From Craspedostauros australis (taxonomy: Eukaryota): a stretch of 34,900 nt of DNA. A program made the translations under genes and the position numbers. Of this stretch, positions 1 through 11,800 are shown piece after piece (position 1 is the first letter of the stretch; each line of letters begins with the position of its first letter). The notes under the pieces were generated by a model that was given only the letters and a program-made list of their open reading frames with translations, made no database searches and was not told the DNA's origin. Where the stretch lies: positions 1 to 34,900 of the forward strand of contig JALAGF010001547.1 in NCBI GenBank assembly GCA_030167865.1, in the 5' to 3' direction.

Positions 1-2
1 TG

Positions 3-2738
3 CAACATATTCGACGGACTTTCGCTGACTTCCACACCCTCGCCGTCGTAATTGTTTCTTGATGCCAGGCGCAACAGGACAGGTTTTGGTGGACTCTTCT
101 TGGCTGTGGGCGTGTCGGATGCCCCTGTTGGCGCATCATGTTCTTCCGTGGTGAGGGAAGGCATCTTGGCGTCTGATGGTGTTGACGAAGGCAAAGCTTG
201 ACTCATGGTGTCNNNNNNCATTGAAGAATCTGCCGTTGCAGCAGACTCGATGGTTGTGACAGTCGATGCGGCGCTCGGCATTGTGGCCGCAGTTGGGACA
301 GTCGGAATGGTAGCAGGAACATGATCAAGAGGGGGATTTTGTTGCTGCTGTTCTTGATCGTGTTGGCTGTTGGTTTGCGAGGACTGCGATGTGCTTGTTG
401 CAAATGACGACATGTTGCCGGCCGTCGCCCATGCCATAGCCACCTGATCCGAAGCCTCGTACTGCGCGCGCAGGATCTCTGCCGCGTTGACGGATGGTGG
501 TGGTGGGATGGTGACGACAGCATCGCGGAAGCACAGCTGCGTGGTTGTGGTGGGAGCTGTGATCGGGGTGTCGTCTTGGTTGACGACTCCAGATGATTGC
601 TGTGTTGATGCATCGTGAAAAGTGGCGGTGGACGATTCGGACCGCACGGCAGTTGCGGGTTGGATGGGTGGGAATGTCGCAGTGGTCGCGGTTGATTGAA
701 CACGTGACGATGTTGCTGGTGCCGAATTCTGAAGCAAGGGCAACTCGCTGTCCGTCGAGATGGTGGATTGGGAACGCAACGCTGTCGCATGACGAATGGA
801 TGGGATGGTCGCATTCGTCATGTTGGTGGCAACTGACTCGCCTCGCATCACAACGCCCGGTGGGAGCGGTGGGAAGGTGTTGTTGGTAGCAGTTGATTCG
901 GACCGGATGGCCGTCGCAGGTTGGATAGGTGGGATGCTGGTCTCTGTTGAGATGGAATTGCCGCGCATCGCCTTGCCTGGAGGGATTGGGGGGAACGTAT
1001 CGACTGTGGCTGTCGATTGTGATCGCAGCGCTGTTGCCGGTTGGATCGGTGGGATGCTCACATTGCCAATGCTTGCCACTGTCGTGGATGAGTCGCTTCG
1101 AATTGCGGTGGCCGGGCGGATGCTGGCAAAGGACGCGATGGATCCTGCGTCAGATGCGATCCTTGCAAGACGAGCTGTGCTTGGTTGCGACGTTGGCACA
1201 GGAGCATCGTCGATTGGCAATGACGACGATGAGGCGTAGGCCAATGTGTCCGACTGTCTGCGAGCCAGAAGCTTCGGCCTGCGAAAGGTTGGAGTTGGCG
1301 TCGGAATGGCACCATCGTTTGCTCCCTCCGAGAAGGTGACTGACTTCGTCCTGCCACGTCGGGCCAGCGGCATTGGCTGAGATGCGAGGGCACCAAACTG
1401 TGATTTTGACATCGACGATCGCTTGGGCATTGGCGATAGCCGCGATGCTGCCATTGTCTTGTTTGCAAAGGATGCTGCAGCGACGGTCAGCGATTGGGAA
1501 CGCTGAAATTTGCGTCTGAGTTTTGCAGTTGGGATGTCGCGTTGTTGCTGCTGCATTTGCAACCTCTGCTGCAGAGTGACGGAGGCAGGGAGTTTGATCG
1601 ATCTGCGTTGCACCTTGCTTCGGAAAATCGCGTGCGCTGCAGCATGCAAGCGATGCATGTCATCGGGGGTCAACGATGATGCGGCCGAGGTGGTGCTGTG
1701 AACACTGCCGCAGAATGACAGCCTCTTGTTGGCTCCTGGCGCAGCGGCGGACTTGTAGTAGCTGCTCAAGCTGTTGCTGTTGCTGCCGTGGCTGCTGTTT
1801 CGTCGGCGTTGCGGAATCCGGAGAGTGGATGGGAGTGGCTGGATGACGGTTGGAGGTGTTGCTGTGGTTGACGCCGATTGGTTGGTCGATGACGATCTGT
1901 CCCTTTGGTTGGCTTTTGCCTGCGACTGCAGCCAGAGATGTGGCGGCGCATCGGCTGGAACGAACAGCGTCCCCGCACCCGTCGCATTCGACGTCGTGAC
2001 CAAGGTCCCCAACCCTTGCTCGTGTGCCTTCCACAGAAGCACGTGTGGCGAGTCCTTGCCATCCGGTTGCTGCTGACGTCGTTGCTGCAGCACCTGGTTG
2101 CGACGGGCGGAACCCACTGATGTGGACCGGCCCATCTTCTTGTGGACGGAATCCTGTGAATTGATGCCATTCACATCGCCATTTTGAAGACCAGCTGCGT
2201 TGGACGCAAATGATGTGGGCTTTGGGATTCTCGGCAGCGGTGGCCTTGCGTTTGCTTTCACCTCCACGTCAGTTGCAGTTGTAGTTGCAGTCGCAGCAGT
2301 TGTTGTGGTAGCAGTTGTTGTAGCAGCAGCAGTGGAGTCAGCGTCATGCCTGCTTAGCTCGGCTGGCTTGGTTGTGGCATCATGAGCAACCGATGGCATG
2401 AACATGAGTTCCTCCTGATGGAGTCGTTCCCATGCCAGTTCGATCTCGCTGTCCGTTCCGACCATGGAAAGCTCCTGCAAGAAGTTGTGCTCCTTGGACG
2501 TCAGGTAAACGAAGGAGGAGGCGCGCCTGCGCGATGATCCCAGCACCCCTCGTTTTGCCTTGTTGCACATGCTGTCGTCCGCAGCATCATGTGCAGTGCT
2601 GTCCATGCCGTTGTTCATGCTTGCATTCGTGCCATTGCTGGTGCTGCCGTTGTCTTGCGCAGCAACTGGGTCTTCGATGGCGCCATCTGCGGTCTTGGGT
2701 GTGGCTGATGTCGCCTCGGTGTTCACTTCGGCTGCCAT
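3..2738 (-). CDS. Large low-complexity Ser/Thr/Pro-rich protein, N-terminal part only (3' end lies beyond the window start); possibly the N-terminal extension of a diatom TLDc/OXR1-like protein
   Basis: Manual translation of the minus strand gives an apparently open frame from ATG 2738 (in-frame TGA upstream near 2808): MAAEVNTEATSATPKTADG...SSRRRASSFVYLTSKEHNFLQELSMVGTDSEIELAWERLHQEELMF...RGRTKSVTFSEG...KKSPPKPVLLRLASRNNYDGEGVEVSESPSNML. It keeps frame across the 6-N gap at 213-218. It is missing from the ORF track, presumably because it has no stop in the window. The TLDc suggestion is from recollection of similar N-termini only; no catalytic domain is visible here. Confidence 0.75.
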   Translation of the reverse strand, partial: MAAEVNTEATSATPKTADGAIEDPVAAQDNGSTSNGTNASMNNGMDSTAHDAADDSMCNKAKRGVLGSSRRRASSFVYLTSKEHNFLQELSMVGTDSEIELAWERLHQEELMFMPSVAHDATTKPAELSRHDADSTAAATTTATTTTAATATTTATDVEVKANARPPLPRIPKPTSFASNAAGLQNGDVNGINSQDSVHKKMGRSTSVGSARRNQVLQQRRQQQPDGKDSPHVLLWKAHEQGLGTLVTTSNATGAGTLFVPADAPPHLWLQSQAKANQRDRSSSTNQSASTTATPPTVIQPLPSTLRIPQRRRNSSHGSNSNSLSSYYKSAAAPGANKRLSFCGSVHSTTSAASSLTPDDMHRLHAAAHAIFRSKVQRRSIKLPASVTLQQRLQMQQQQRDIPTAKLRRKFQRSQSLTVAAASFANKTMAASRLSPMPKRSSMSKSQFGALASQPMPLARRGRTKSVTFSEGANDGAIPTPTPTFRRPKLLARRQSDTLAYASSSSLPIDDAPVPTSQPSTARLARIASDAGSIASFASIRPATAIRSDSSTTVASIGNVSIPPIQPATALRSQSTATVDTFPPIPPGKAMRGNSISTETSIPPIQPATAIRSESTATNNTFPPLPPGVVMRGESVATNMTNATIPSIRHATALRSQSTISTDSELPLLQNSAPATSSRVQSTATTATFPPIQPATAVRSESSTATFHDASTQQSSGVVNQDDTPITAPTTTTQLCFRDAVVTIPPPPSVNAAEILRAQYEASDQVAMAWATAGNMSSFATSTSQSSQTNSQHDQEQQQQNPPLDHVPATIPTVPTAATMPSAASTVTTIESAATADSSMXXDTMSQALPSSTPSDAKMPSLTTEEHDAPTGASDTPTAKKSPPKPVLLRLASRNNYDGEGVEVSESPSNML
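213..218. other. Assembly gap (6 N)
   Basis: nnnnnn in the sequence. The minus-strand frame is the same on both sides. Confidence 0.99.
630..1125 (-). repeat. Coding imperfect ~20-aa repeat, about 7 copies (consensus roughly IPPIQPATAxRSxST)
   Basis: Units read SIRPATAIRSDSS, SIPPIQPATALRSQST, TFPPIPPGKAMRGNSI, SIPPIQPATAIRSEST, TFPPLPPGVVMRGESV, TIPSIRHATALRSQST and TFPPIQPATAVRSESS. The central units are exactly 60 nt apart (835, 895, 955, 1015). Confidence 0.85.
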
Positions 2739-3170
2739 GGTGCGCCTTGGACTGTCCACTCGTATGGTCCTATCCTTGAGAGTAGTCGTAGGGCACTCTT
2801 TATCAAGTCAACGTGAGAACGGTTGGCCGTGTCAATGATGATGTGCATTCAATGATGATTATGTTGTTGTTGTTGGTGGTGGTGGTGGTGATGTTCGCGT
2901 GTTTTCGATTGATGAATGGATTAATTGTGGCGGAAGGGAGTGATTGCGAATGGTGTGTTGCGCTGCGATGTGTGTTGATGTGTTCTGTCGCGCGGAGTGT
3001 GAGGCGTGACGCAACGGCGATGGGCACTGCTCCTTTGTGCTTCACACCCTTGTTCGTGAAGAAACGTTTGGAGACAGCGCATGTTTTGACACCGTGCAAT
3101 GTTGAAGGCGTTGGATGTGAGTGAACGAATGAGGTATGGCAGGCGTGTGATGCCAACCTTCCATCGATGG

Positions 3171-3345
3171 CGTTCCAATGAAGGGGAGAAATGAGAACTG
3201 CTTCTTGAAGTGACGAAGCCAGGTCGCCCCAAATGCAGGATTGCCGCCTCTCGAACACGTTCCAATGAAGGGGGGAAATGAGAACTACTTCTTGAAGTAA
3301 TGAAGCCAGGTCGCCCCAACTGTGGGATTGCCGCCTCTCGAGCAC
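3171..3345. repeat. Tandem direct duplication, 2 x ~87 bp, imperfect
   Basis: cgttccaatgaaggggagaaatgagaactgcttcttgaagtgacgaagccaggtcgccccaaatgcaggattgccgcctctcga is followed directly by a near-identical copy starting at about 3258. Confidence 0.9.
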
Positions 3346-5838
3346 ACGATTCGATCGAAAGCGAACATTGATCGGAAGCAGATGGTCTTCTTGTGATATG
3401 CAACATTGAGACATGAATACAATCAATTTGGAGTTGTGTGAAATGCTTCAAAACGTACAATAGTGAGAGTAGTTGGACCGTCTATTTCATTCACGATTCA
3501 ACCATCGATCGTTCACACCATCCAACGGTCCACGACTGAAAACAACACCATTCTGGATTGGACAATGTCCGCCGAGACGACAGCAACAGATTTGCTTTCC
3601 AGAGGGTTATTCCTCCATAGTTATCTGGAGCGATGCGTCGCTCGTGTTCACATGGTGTGCTACTATACCATACAGCTCCGTTGCGGACATCCCTTTCGGG
3701 TTCATCTGGCGCAGCTCGGCTCTCTGTGATAGTGCGCTACTCGCACAGTGTGTACTCGAGGCAATGTGCCATCACAATAGAATTGTATTGCACGAATATT
3801 GGCAATATGCTGCTGAGTGCAGTCAAATGCACTATTGCATTACACCGGCTGAAGATAGAGGATTGACGCACCGTGTCTGCGTGTTGACTGTTGGCGAGGC
3901 AGGGATGCTTCCATCCAAGGAGGGTGCACACTTCGGCTGCGGTCCCATCGGTCGCAGTCACAATGTGGAAACAGGAGTGGAGATCGTGACCGCTCTTGTG
4001 TCTATCACCTTGCATTCCAGGGACTTTTTAGTTGTCCCAGGATGAAGTCGATGCGCTCACAGGTTCTGGAGAGAGGGAGAGACATGGTCGCACATTGACC
4101 ACAAAGAGCGGCGGCGATCGGCTTTCAGAATCCGAGTCCTTCGCTTCAGAAACCAAGAAACGAGTCTGAGTCCAGAGGCGGATCGAGGAGTCGAAGCGGA
4201 GACCTGCAGAGGATGGAATCATAAATCCTCACACAACAGACGGGGACAAGGTATTGGTAAGCAAGACATCGCATCAAGGCTGCTCTATTTCTCTCTTTCG
4301 CTTTTGCTGTCTCCGTGGGATTGGATACCAAGCTCGCACCACCCAAAGCCGAAGGACACGGTCTCTTCGGTGATCCACCACGTTCCGTACGAACATGAGT
4401 ACAATTACTCGTTCACATGGTACCACGGTGCATTTGGATGTGAGAAAGGATGCAGCCTCCCTTGTGTTCTCCCCCATGTCCTCCCTTGTGGCGAAAAGGC
4501 ATCAACAGGGAGTCTAGGTTGGCACTGGACTTTTCTGGGATTGGGGACTGGCTCCTGTGACCACACGAACCATGCGCCTGTGGTCCCCCGATGCTCGTCT
4601 GGGCAGTGGCCGAAGTTGTTGCCGACGAACATGGAGGGTGGACGAAAATGACCGCTCGCAATGATCCAGAGGAACTTGCGATACAGGAGCCGAAACGCAC
4701 CAAGACCGACGCGGATGGTGGGAAGCGGATCATAAATCCTCGTGCACCGCTGCTACATTCTATACACTCGTAATTATGATGCATATCGTACGCACATCAA
4801 TGTGTGGTTCTTGTTGTCCTCCTCGAAAGCTCCTCTCTTTTGGGACTGTCGCCGCCGAGCAGCGATTCCGATTGCGATGCAGGGAGGAGGAGAGTGTGTG
4901 AGCACAGCACAGCACAGCACGGCGCGAAAGATTGCGCGAGACAGGGATGAACAGCAAAGATTCGGCGAGAAGTGGTTCCCAATTCCCATTTCTTTCGTTT
5001 TCCTCTCCTTGTGGACGTGTATTTGCTAGCGCCTTGAACGGCAGTGCGAAACGAATGGTCATCGTTTCCCATTCCAACATTTATGAGTTGCAGTCTTGTA
5101 TGACATTTCGTCAGAAGCGGTTCAGTCACAACAAGCAACAACAATCCGACACTTCATTTATAGGCTATCACGGATAATCATATGTACGACATGAAAGAGA
5201 CACACATGATATGAACACACATATTGCGTTGTCGCCAGTCAGACATCGTGAGCGTCAGTTACTCCGCCAAATTCCACAACAACCCAAATCGGTCTGTTGA
5301 GTGAGACTTGGCCAGTGCCTCCAAACAAAACAACGCGAGCAATCGTCACAAAGTGCGCACCAAAGACGAGCCAAAAAAAGCAATTCTCCACGCTGACCCG
5401 CCATCACGGCCAATCCCAGTCGGAGACGGATGTACTTGTGCGAGTATCAGTGCGAACCACAGAGCCACTCAAAACATGAAAGCGGCAACATCGTTGCTTT
5501 CGTGGCGCTCTCCTTTTATCATTGGCTACGTGAAGGCCTCACGCGTCTGAGCGGCGAGACGCCTTATCCCCGCCATTGTTCACTTCCATCACAACTTTTG
5601 TGGCTCGGTTTCCGCAACGCCGAAAGCAGCCCAGACATCGGCACCACACGGAACATAGCACTCGTTGAACTGGTGCATCCATCACAACATTTGTTTCATA
5701 AAATCTGCAAACGTCCCTCCACCCAACAAGTCAACTCAGAGTGCGGTACACGCCAGTACGCTCCCACAGCACAGCATGGCAACCAGCACGCCCCATGCCA
5801 CGCGCAGCACCATCAACGCGGCCAGCCAACAATCGCCA

Positions 5839-8800
5839 ATGGCACGAGCGATGTCCAGCTCGCGCTGCATCGTGCTGGCATTGGTCGCCGCGAGCATCTT
5901 CGCAGCCCTCCCGTCCGTGCATGCGCAGCAGGCCTACTCCTGCCCCAACGCTGGCGAATCCTCACCCCCGATCACCGACTCCTTCATCTCGCTGCCCAAG
6001 CACGGGCCGAACGGCCTCTGCACGCTCACCAAGCTCACCAACTCCGCCACGGTCGTTCCCGTGGCTCGCAGCTACGATGGCAGCGACTGGGAGCTGTCTC
6101 CCGGCTTCTACGCTGGAGACGGCGCTTCGTTCCAGATCACTTGCGGCGGCTCTGCGTGCACTATGAACGTGCCTCTCCCAGCCCCCGATGACGAGTCCAA
6201 CGACATCTTCGTGCTCACCTCCTTCGCGCCGCACCTCGACCTCACCACCGACGTGGACAAGAAGGCCGCGGTGGCGCGCTTCCTGGAGCAGAGCACGTAC
6301 GGCACCACACGCCAGGCGCTGGATGACTGGGACCTCACCCAGCCGCTGGAGTCCACCATCAAGCAATGGGTGGAGGATCAGATGGACCCGTCCGTCTCTG
6401 GCCTCACCTCGCACCGCGAGTACTTCCGCAAGCGCCTCAACCCCCGCCTCGAAGCGGCCTTCTACCCGGTCCGTCCGGGTCCCCCACCGTGCGACGAGAA
6501 CTCGCGGTGGAGACGCTTTGCATTCAGCGTCAAGGACAGCGGCAAGACGATGACGATCCGGTCGCTGGCAGGGCAGGCCGAGACCACGGCCCCCTTCGTC
6601 CTCCTCGTCAACGGGCACGCCCGCACCATCGTCGACGACCTTCCGTCCTTCCAGACACCGTTCGATACCACTGGCGACAGCGTCGTTCCCGCTGTGCTCA
6701 ACACGGACTACGAGATCTGCCAGGAGGAGGAGACCTTCTACCAGGAATCCATCGGCGGCGCTGTCTGGATGAAGCTCGCCAACGACGATTCGAGCGAATG
6801 CCTGGAGTTGGTCGGTGGAGTTCCCGCCGTGGATATCACCGCCGATCCAACCTTGACTGCGCACGTCATCGATCTTCCAAACCCCCACACTGGCGCTGCT
6901 GCTGCGAACGGTGCGCAGCTCAAGCCCATCGACGACAACGACTACGAGAGCGTCTACTGGACCACGGCCTACGGATCGAACGACGAGTACATCCTCACGG
7001 GATCCATCGATGGCTCTGGATCGCCGACCGAAGCCGCTTGCGCTGCACTTCCGAAGGCGTATGCCACTTCGCGGCAGCAGTCGTACAGCCTTGAGCCCAT
7101 CTTCGGCCGCGTCAACGCATCGGACGGCGTCACCGACGAGTACCTCCTCTACGACCCTCGCCTGCAGCTGCAGGAGAACACCCTCGAAAATCCAATCCCC
7201 GACGGTGGTGGAAGCGTGGCCATCGAGACTGGCAACACCGTCCTGTGCTCGAACGCACAACGATCGTTCCTCAACGAAGACCATTGCATCCTGAGCGAGG
7301 AAACCACCGCATGCAGTCCCGACGCTCCACCAACCTTCTCCGTCAAGCTTTCTCACGAATTCCTCCTTGCCATGCATGAAGCGACCGGCAGATATGTAAG
7401 TCAATCTCTCGCGCGATTGCATGTATACATGTGTGCCTGTTGCAGTGCCTGTTGCAGTGCCTGTTGCAGTGCCTGTTGCAGTGCCTGTTGCAGTGCCTGT
7501 TGCAGTGCCTGTTGCAGTGCCTGTTGCAGTGCCTGTTGCAGTGCCTGTTGCAGTGCCTGTTGCAATGGTTGCGACCATGACGACGATCATCAAACCCGAA
7601 TCATCTGGACGTACTTTCTACATACGCTCGTGCCTGTTGATCATGATACTATCAATGCCTCATCCCATCTCATCTTCTGCCTTCTTTTGCCCCTTCCCTT
7701 CATTGTGCATGGCACCTACTCGTTGCAATGTCATTCTGCGTACTCCACCATGCTCTGCTACAAACCCACCTACGCACACAGGTCTACGCCATCGACAACC
7801 TCCCAATCACCAACGAGACCTACTTCGACGGCGACGACCAGGTGCCCTACCTGGCCAAGCCATGCCAACTTCATGCCTACCGTACATCCAGATGGATGCG
7901 AGTCGACACCTCTGAATGTGACGCGGCTGATTACAGAACCGTCCACGAAGACACGGAGCAAGTCTTTGCCACATTGCTACAGCCAGGTTTCGAAAGCATC
8001 GGCGACTACAACACCAACTCCAACCTCAAAGATGTCCAACTACCTGCCACCTTCGAATGCGAATCGGCCGACCGCGACCTCTTCGCCTTGGGCAAGATCA
8101 AGGACTTTGACGGAAATTGCTGGCGCCACGTTCATCCCATGCACCTCAATGTGTACGACTTCACCAACTTTGCCTTGATCCATGGCGGCGGCCCGCAGAA
8201 GATCTACAACTTTGCTGACAATGACAAATCGATCCTGTACTTCCCAAGCCACCACCATTGGAACGGCAACGAACGGTTCTTCCAAAAAATCGTGAGCGAA
8301 CCTGACCTGCGCCCGCTGCTGGGTCGGTACGACGAGTACATCTCCTACGCAGATCTCCCCGACAACCTCAAGGCACAGGAACTGGAGGATGAGTACGGTT
8401 CGGTGCAGACTAATCCCGACGGCAAGGGCGTCCTCATCTGCGGCTCCCGAGGCGAGGTGGCCAACGACCCCAAGCTGGGAGCAGGATTCGACGCCAACTA
8501 CTACGAGCTCGAGGGCAACATCGAGAAGCGATATGACACGACCCCCAGTGGGATGCTGCAACGGCAGAAGGCGACGATGTGGTCCAACATCGCATTGAAT
8601 GCGCTCGATCAGCTGCGCCAACGTGTCGCCTTTGCGCTGAGCCAGGTCCTAGTCATCTCGCCAACGGGCCTCAACGACGTGACCTTCACGGAGACCACGG
8701 TCGACTTCTACGATATCTTCGTTCGCAACGCGTTCGGAAACTATCGCGATGTCCTCAAGCAGGTGGCCTTCCACGATCGCATGGCCGAAATGCTTTCATC

Positions 8801-11800
8801 GGCGTACTCCAAAAGCGTTCAGTACTCCATCGACTACAGCAGACCAGCTTTCCCGGATGAGAACTTCGCGAGAGAGATCATGCAGCTCTTCAGCATCGGG
8901 CTGATACAGTTGAATGAAGACGGGACAGCAAAGCTGGATGCTGAAGGCGAGACCGTCCCAACCTATGACAACAGCGACATCTTGTCGTTCGCCAGAGCAT
9001 GGACTGGATTTGAAAAGCAACCAAACCGGGGAAACTTCGAATACCGCTGGACGAGAGTGGATCCGATGAGGATCCGAAAGTAAGTCCCACAATTGGTGCT
9101 GATGCGACTATATGTGCATCCTGACTCTCTCGCTGACCCACTTCACTCACTCATTCACTCGCTGACTCAATGCGCGCTCACTCTTGACATTTTCAAACGG
9201 TCTTGCCAAACCAACCCCCGCCACATCATCAACCAATAGTCGATGGCGCGACAACTTCCCCAAGTCAAGCCTTTCCAACGGCTACATCGGAGATGGCTTT
9301 CCCTTGTGCGTGGACATGCCGAAGCATCATCATCTACGAAAGGGTGCCACCTACCGTCTGCTGGGATCGAAGGAGTATCCGGAGTTGCACACCTACTACT
9401 CGATCTGGACCAACCAACCAGATGTCGTGCGTCTTTCCCTCGACGTGTCGTCGCCTCTGTACGATGCACTCTGTGCCGACGTTGGCGGCAGCGGCTGCAC
9501 ATACCCTGGTAAGATCACTCTCCCAGGCAACCTCCTTCCCCTCTACGGCGCAAACAACAGCTTCACAGAGTACGATGTCGACACGGTGAGGACGGTGCAG
9601 GTGCGAGGAGGACCTGGCACATCTGGCAGTCCCATCTACTACGAATACGTGCGACAGCCCTGCGTTGAGCAGACATACTACAACAACGCCAAGCGCATCA
9701 CGGATTGGACCAACCATCGACATGTCAATCGCAACAACCTCTGCGCCAATCCAAGGCTGGCCGTGGCTGCGGAGAGTTGCTGTGCTCAAGGATGGGATGC
9801 CATCCAGTTCAGCGACCGGTCCAATAACATCTACGCGCGACGCGATTGCCGTTACCAGGCCGAGCGGGTCAGCTTCGCCACGGCTCAGTCACGGTGTGCA
9901 GCGCTGACAGTCGAGGGAAGGGATGGTGTGGTTTTTGAACAGTGCGACAACATGCGAATGCTGCCACAGTATGGTGGCCAATGCGTTCGTGATCCGTGGG
10001 CAGGTCCGGACCGCTGGGCAACCTACTTTCAGTGGACGACAGGGTCTTGCTCCCTCAAGGCGAAGGTATCTGCTGATGGAGAGGTCGCCCTTGTGCACAA
10101 TCCCGGTACGTTCCTGAATCCTGACAAGCACATTGGTGCATGATGATTGCTTCTGTCTCGTGCGTTGGTCCCCATCGCTTGGCTTTCCAAAGCTTCTCCT
10201 CCGAAACTCGTATTCTTACGTCGAATGCTACTTGTCTTCAATCGTCTATGTGTAATGTGCACTGCATCCACTACGTGTGCCACCGTCACGCAAACAACGC
10301 ATATTCGCTGCCATACTCGTACATGCTAATCCGAGTAGATCCGGACTTCTCCGGAGCCAACGAGATCCCATCCAGAGTGTCTGAAGAGACGATCAACTTC
10401 TTCAAGGTGCCATGGGCCGGCGGTGAATTCCCAAATATCAAGGCTGGATGTTCTGGAACCGGCGGCAATTGTATTTCCCAATACGATTCATGCATCTGCG
10501 ACGTCAGCGTCGTCGAGCAACCGATGTTCACGACAGCGACGGACGTTGGGAATCAGACCAAGCTGTACGAGGTGTTGTTCATTGGAGCATTTGAACCCTC
10601 GTATCACGATGCCGATGCCTACACCAATCGAGGTGATTGCAGCGGCGCGGTCTCTGGCGTGACGATCTACACCAACAATGCCAACAACAGTTCAAACTGC
10701 GACAATCTCGACGTGGACACGATCTTCGAGCTGCCCAACGAGTATGGCATCATGAAATACTACAAGAACCTCGTCTCCACAGTCAAAGTCGATTCCAGCA
10801 CGTACTCATTCCGCAACCCCGTCAACTTCATGAGTGTGCACGATCCGGAGCCCAGAGACGCGTATCACGAGATCGACGCCGTGCTGGACCACTACTTCTA
10901 TCACCCCAGCCATGCGCCGTTCCTTGCCGTGCGTCTCCTGCAGCGATTCGGTTTCTCGAGCCCATCGCCTCGATTTGTGAAGACTGTCGTGACTGCTTAC
11001 AAGAGCGGCGACTACAACGGTATCGGCTCTGGCAACTACGGTGACCTCGGCGCCATGGTCGCAGCCATTCTGCTCGACCAAGAAGCTCGATCGATCTCCA
11101 TCAATTCGGATGTCGCTCATGGACAGCTCCGGGAACCATTGCTGAAGATTGTGGCCTTCCTGAGGAATTTGGACTACAAGATCGACAGCCCCTTGATCTG
11201 GCCCTTGCTCCCGACCCTTCAGGATGACATTGGCCAGGGCGTGTACGAGACGCCCAGCGTGTTCTCCTTCTTCTTGCCAGAATTCGTGCCATCGGGGCCA
11301 TTAGCAACCGCATTCTTGAAATCGCCCGAGTCTCTTGTCCTCACGGCGACAAAGACGACCGATCTGTTGGAAAGTCTATTCGCGACATCGAAGTACGGTG
11401 AGTGGATAACCTGCGAGGGTTGGCCTGTGCTATCAATGCTAATACTTTGGACATTCTCGGTGCTGTTGGCACTGTTGATATTGTTGATACTGCTCTGTTG
11501 CAGGCAACAGCGACAGTGGCGATTATGGAACTCTGCACAGGTTGCGATTCCGATCGCACTTGCCGGTGGTTGTGCAACATGCGATTGTCTCCACCATCAC
11601 CAATCTGTGGCATTCCTGTTGTCGTTGCGAGGTACCACAGTGCACGACCACCCCTCTTACTCTCGCTCTCACACTCACACCAACATCTCACTTCGCACCT
11701 TCCCGTCATACCAAATCAACTCTCTTCGGTTTGAGTCTCTTTCTTTCACTCCGCACAATATCGCTTAACAATGTTGTCAATGCCAAACCTCCCAACTCTA

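Noticed and set aside
203-2838. Supplied short ORFs on both strands in the first 2.8 kb
   Set aside because: Explained as alternative-frame or antisense shadows of the long minus-strand ORF from 2738.
7433-7564. Repeat array as a CRISPR
   Set aside because: The units are contiguous 12-mers with no spacers, there are no cas genes, and it lies inside a eukaryotic intron.
5962-7593. 543-aa minus-strand ORF with ATGT repeats
   Set aside because: Antisense shadow of the codon-biased DUF1800 exon 1 plus the intronic minisatellite; no independent domain signal.
10136-10338. ATGATGA (box C-like) at the start of intron 3, as a possible snoRNA
   Set aside because: No suitably placed CTGA box D or terminal stem was found, and the motif abuts the splice donor.
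11398-11768. Apparent transmembrane segment (VLSMLILWTFSVLLALLILLILL) at the end of ORF 10140-11768
   Set aside because: It lies after the gtgagt donor at 11398, so it is intron-4 read-through. Splicing to 11822 restores the DUF1800 C-terminus. A retained-intron isoform cannot be excluded without RNA data.
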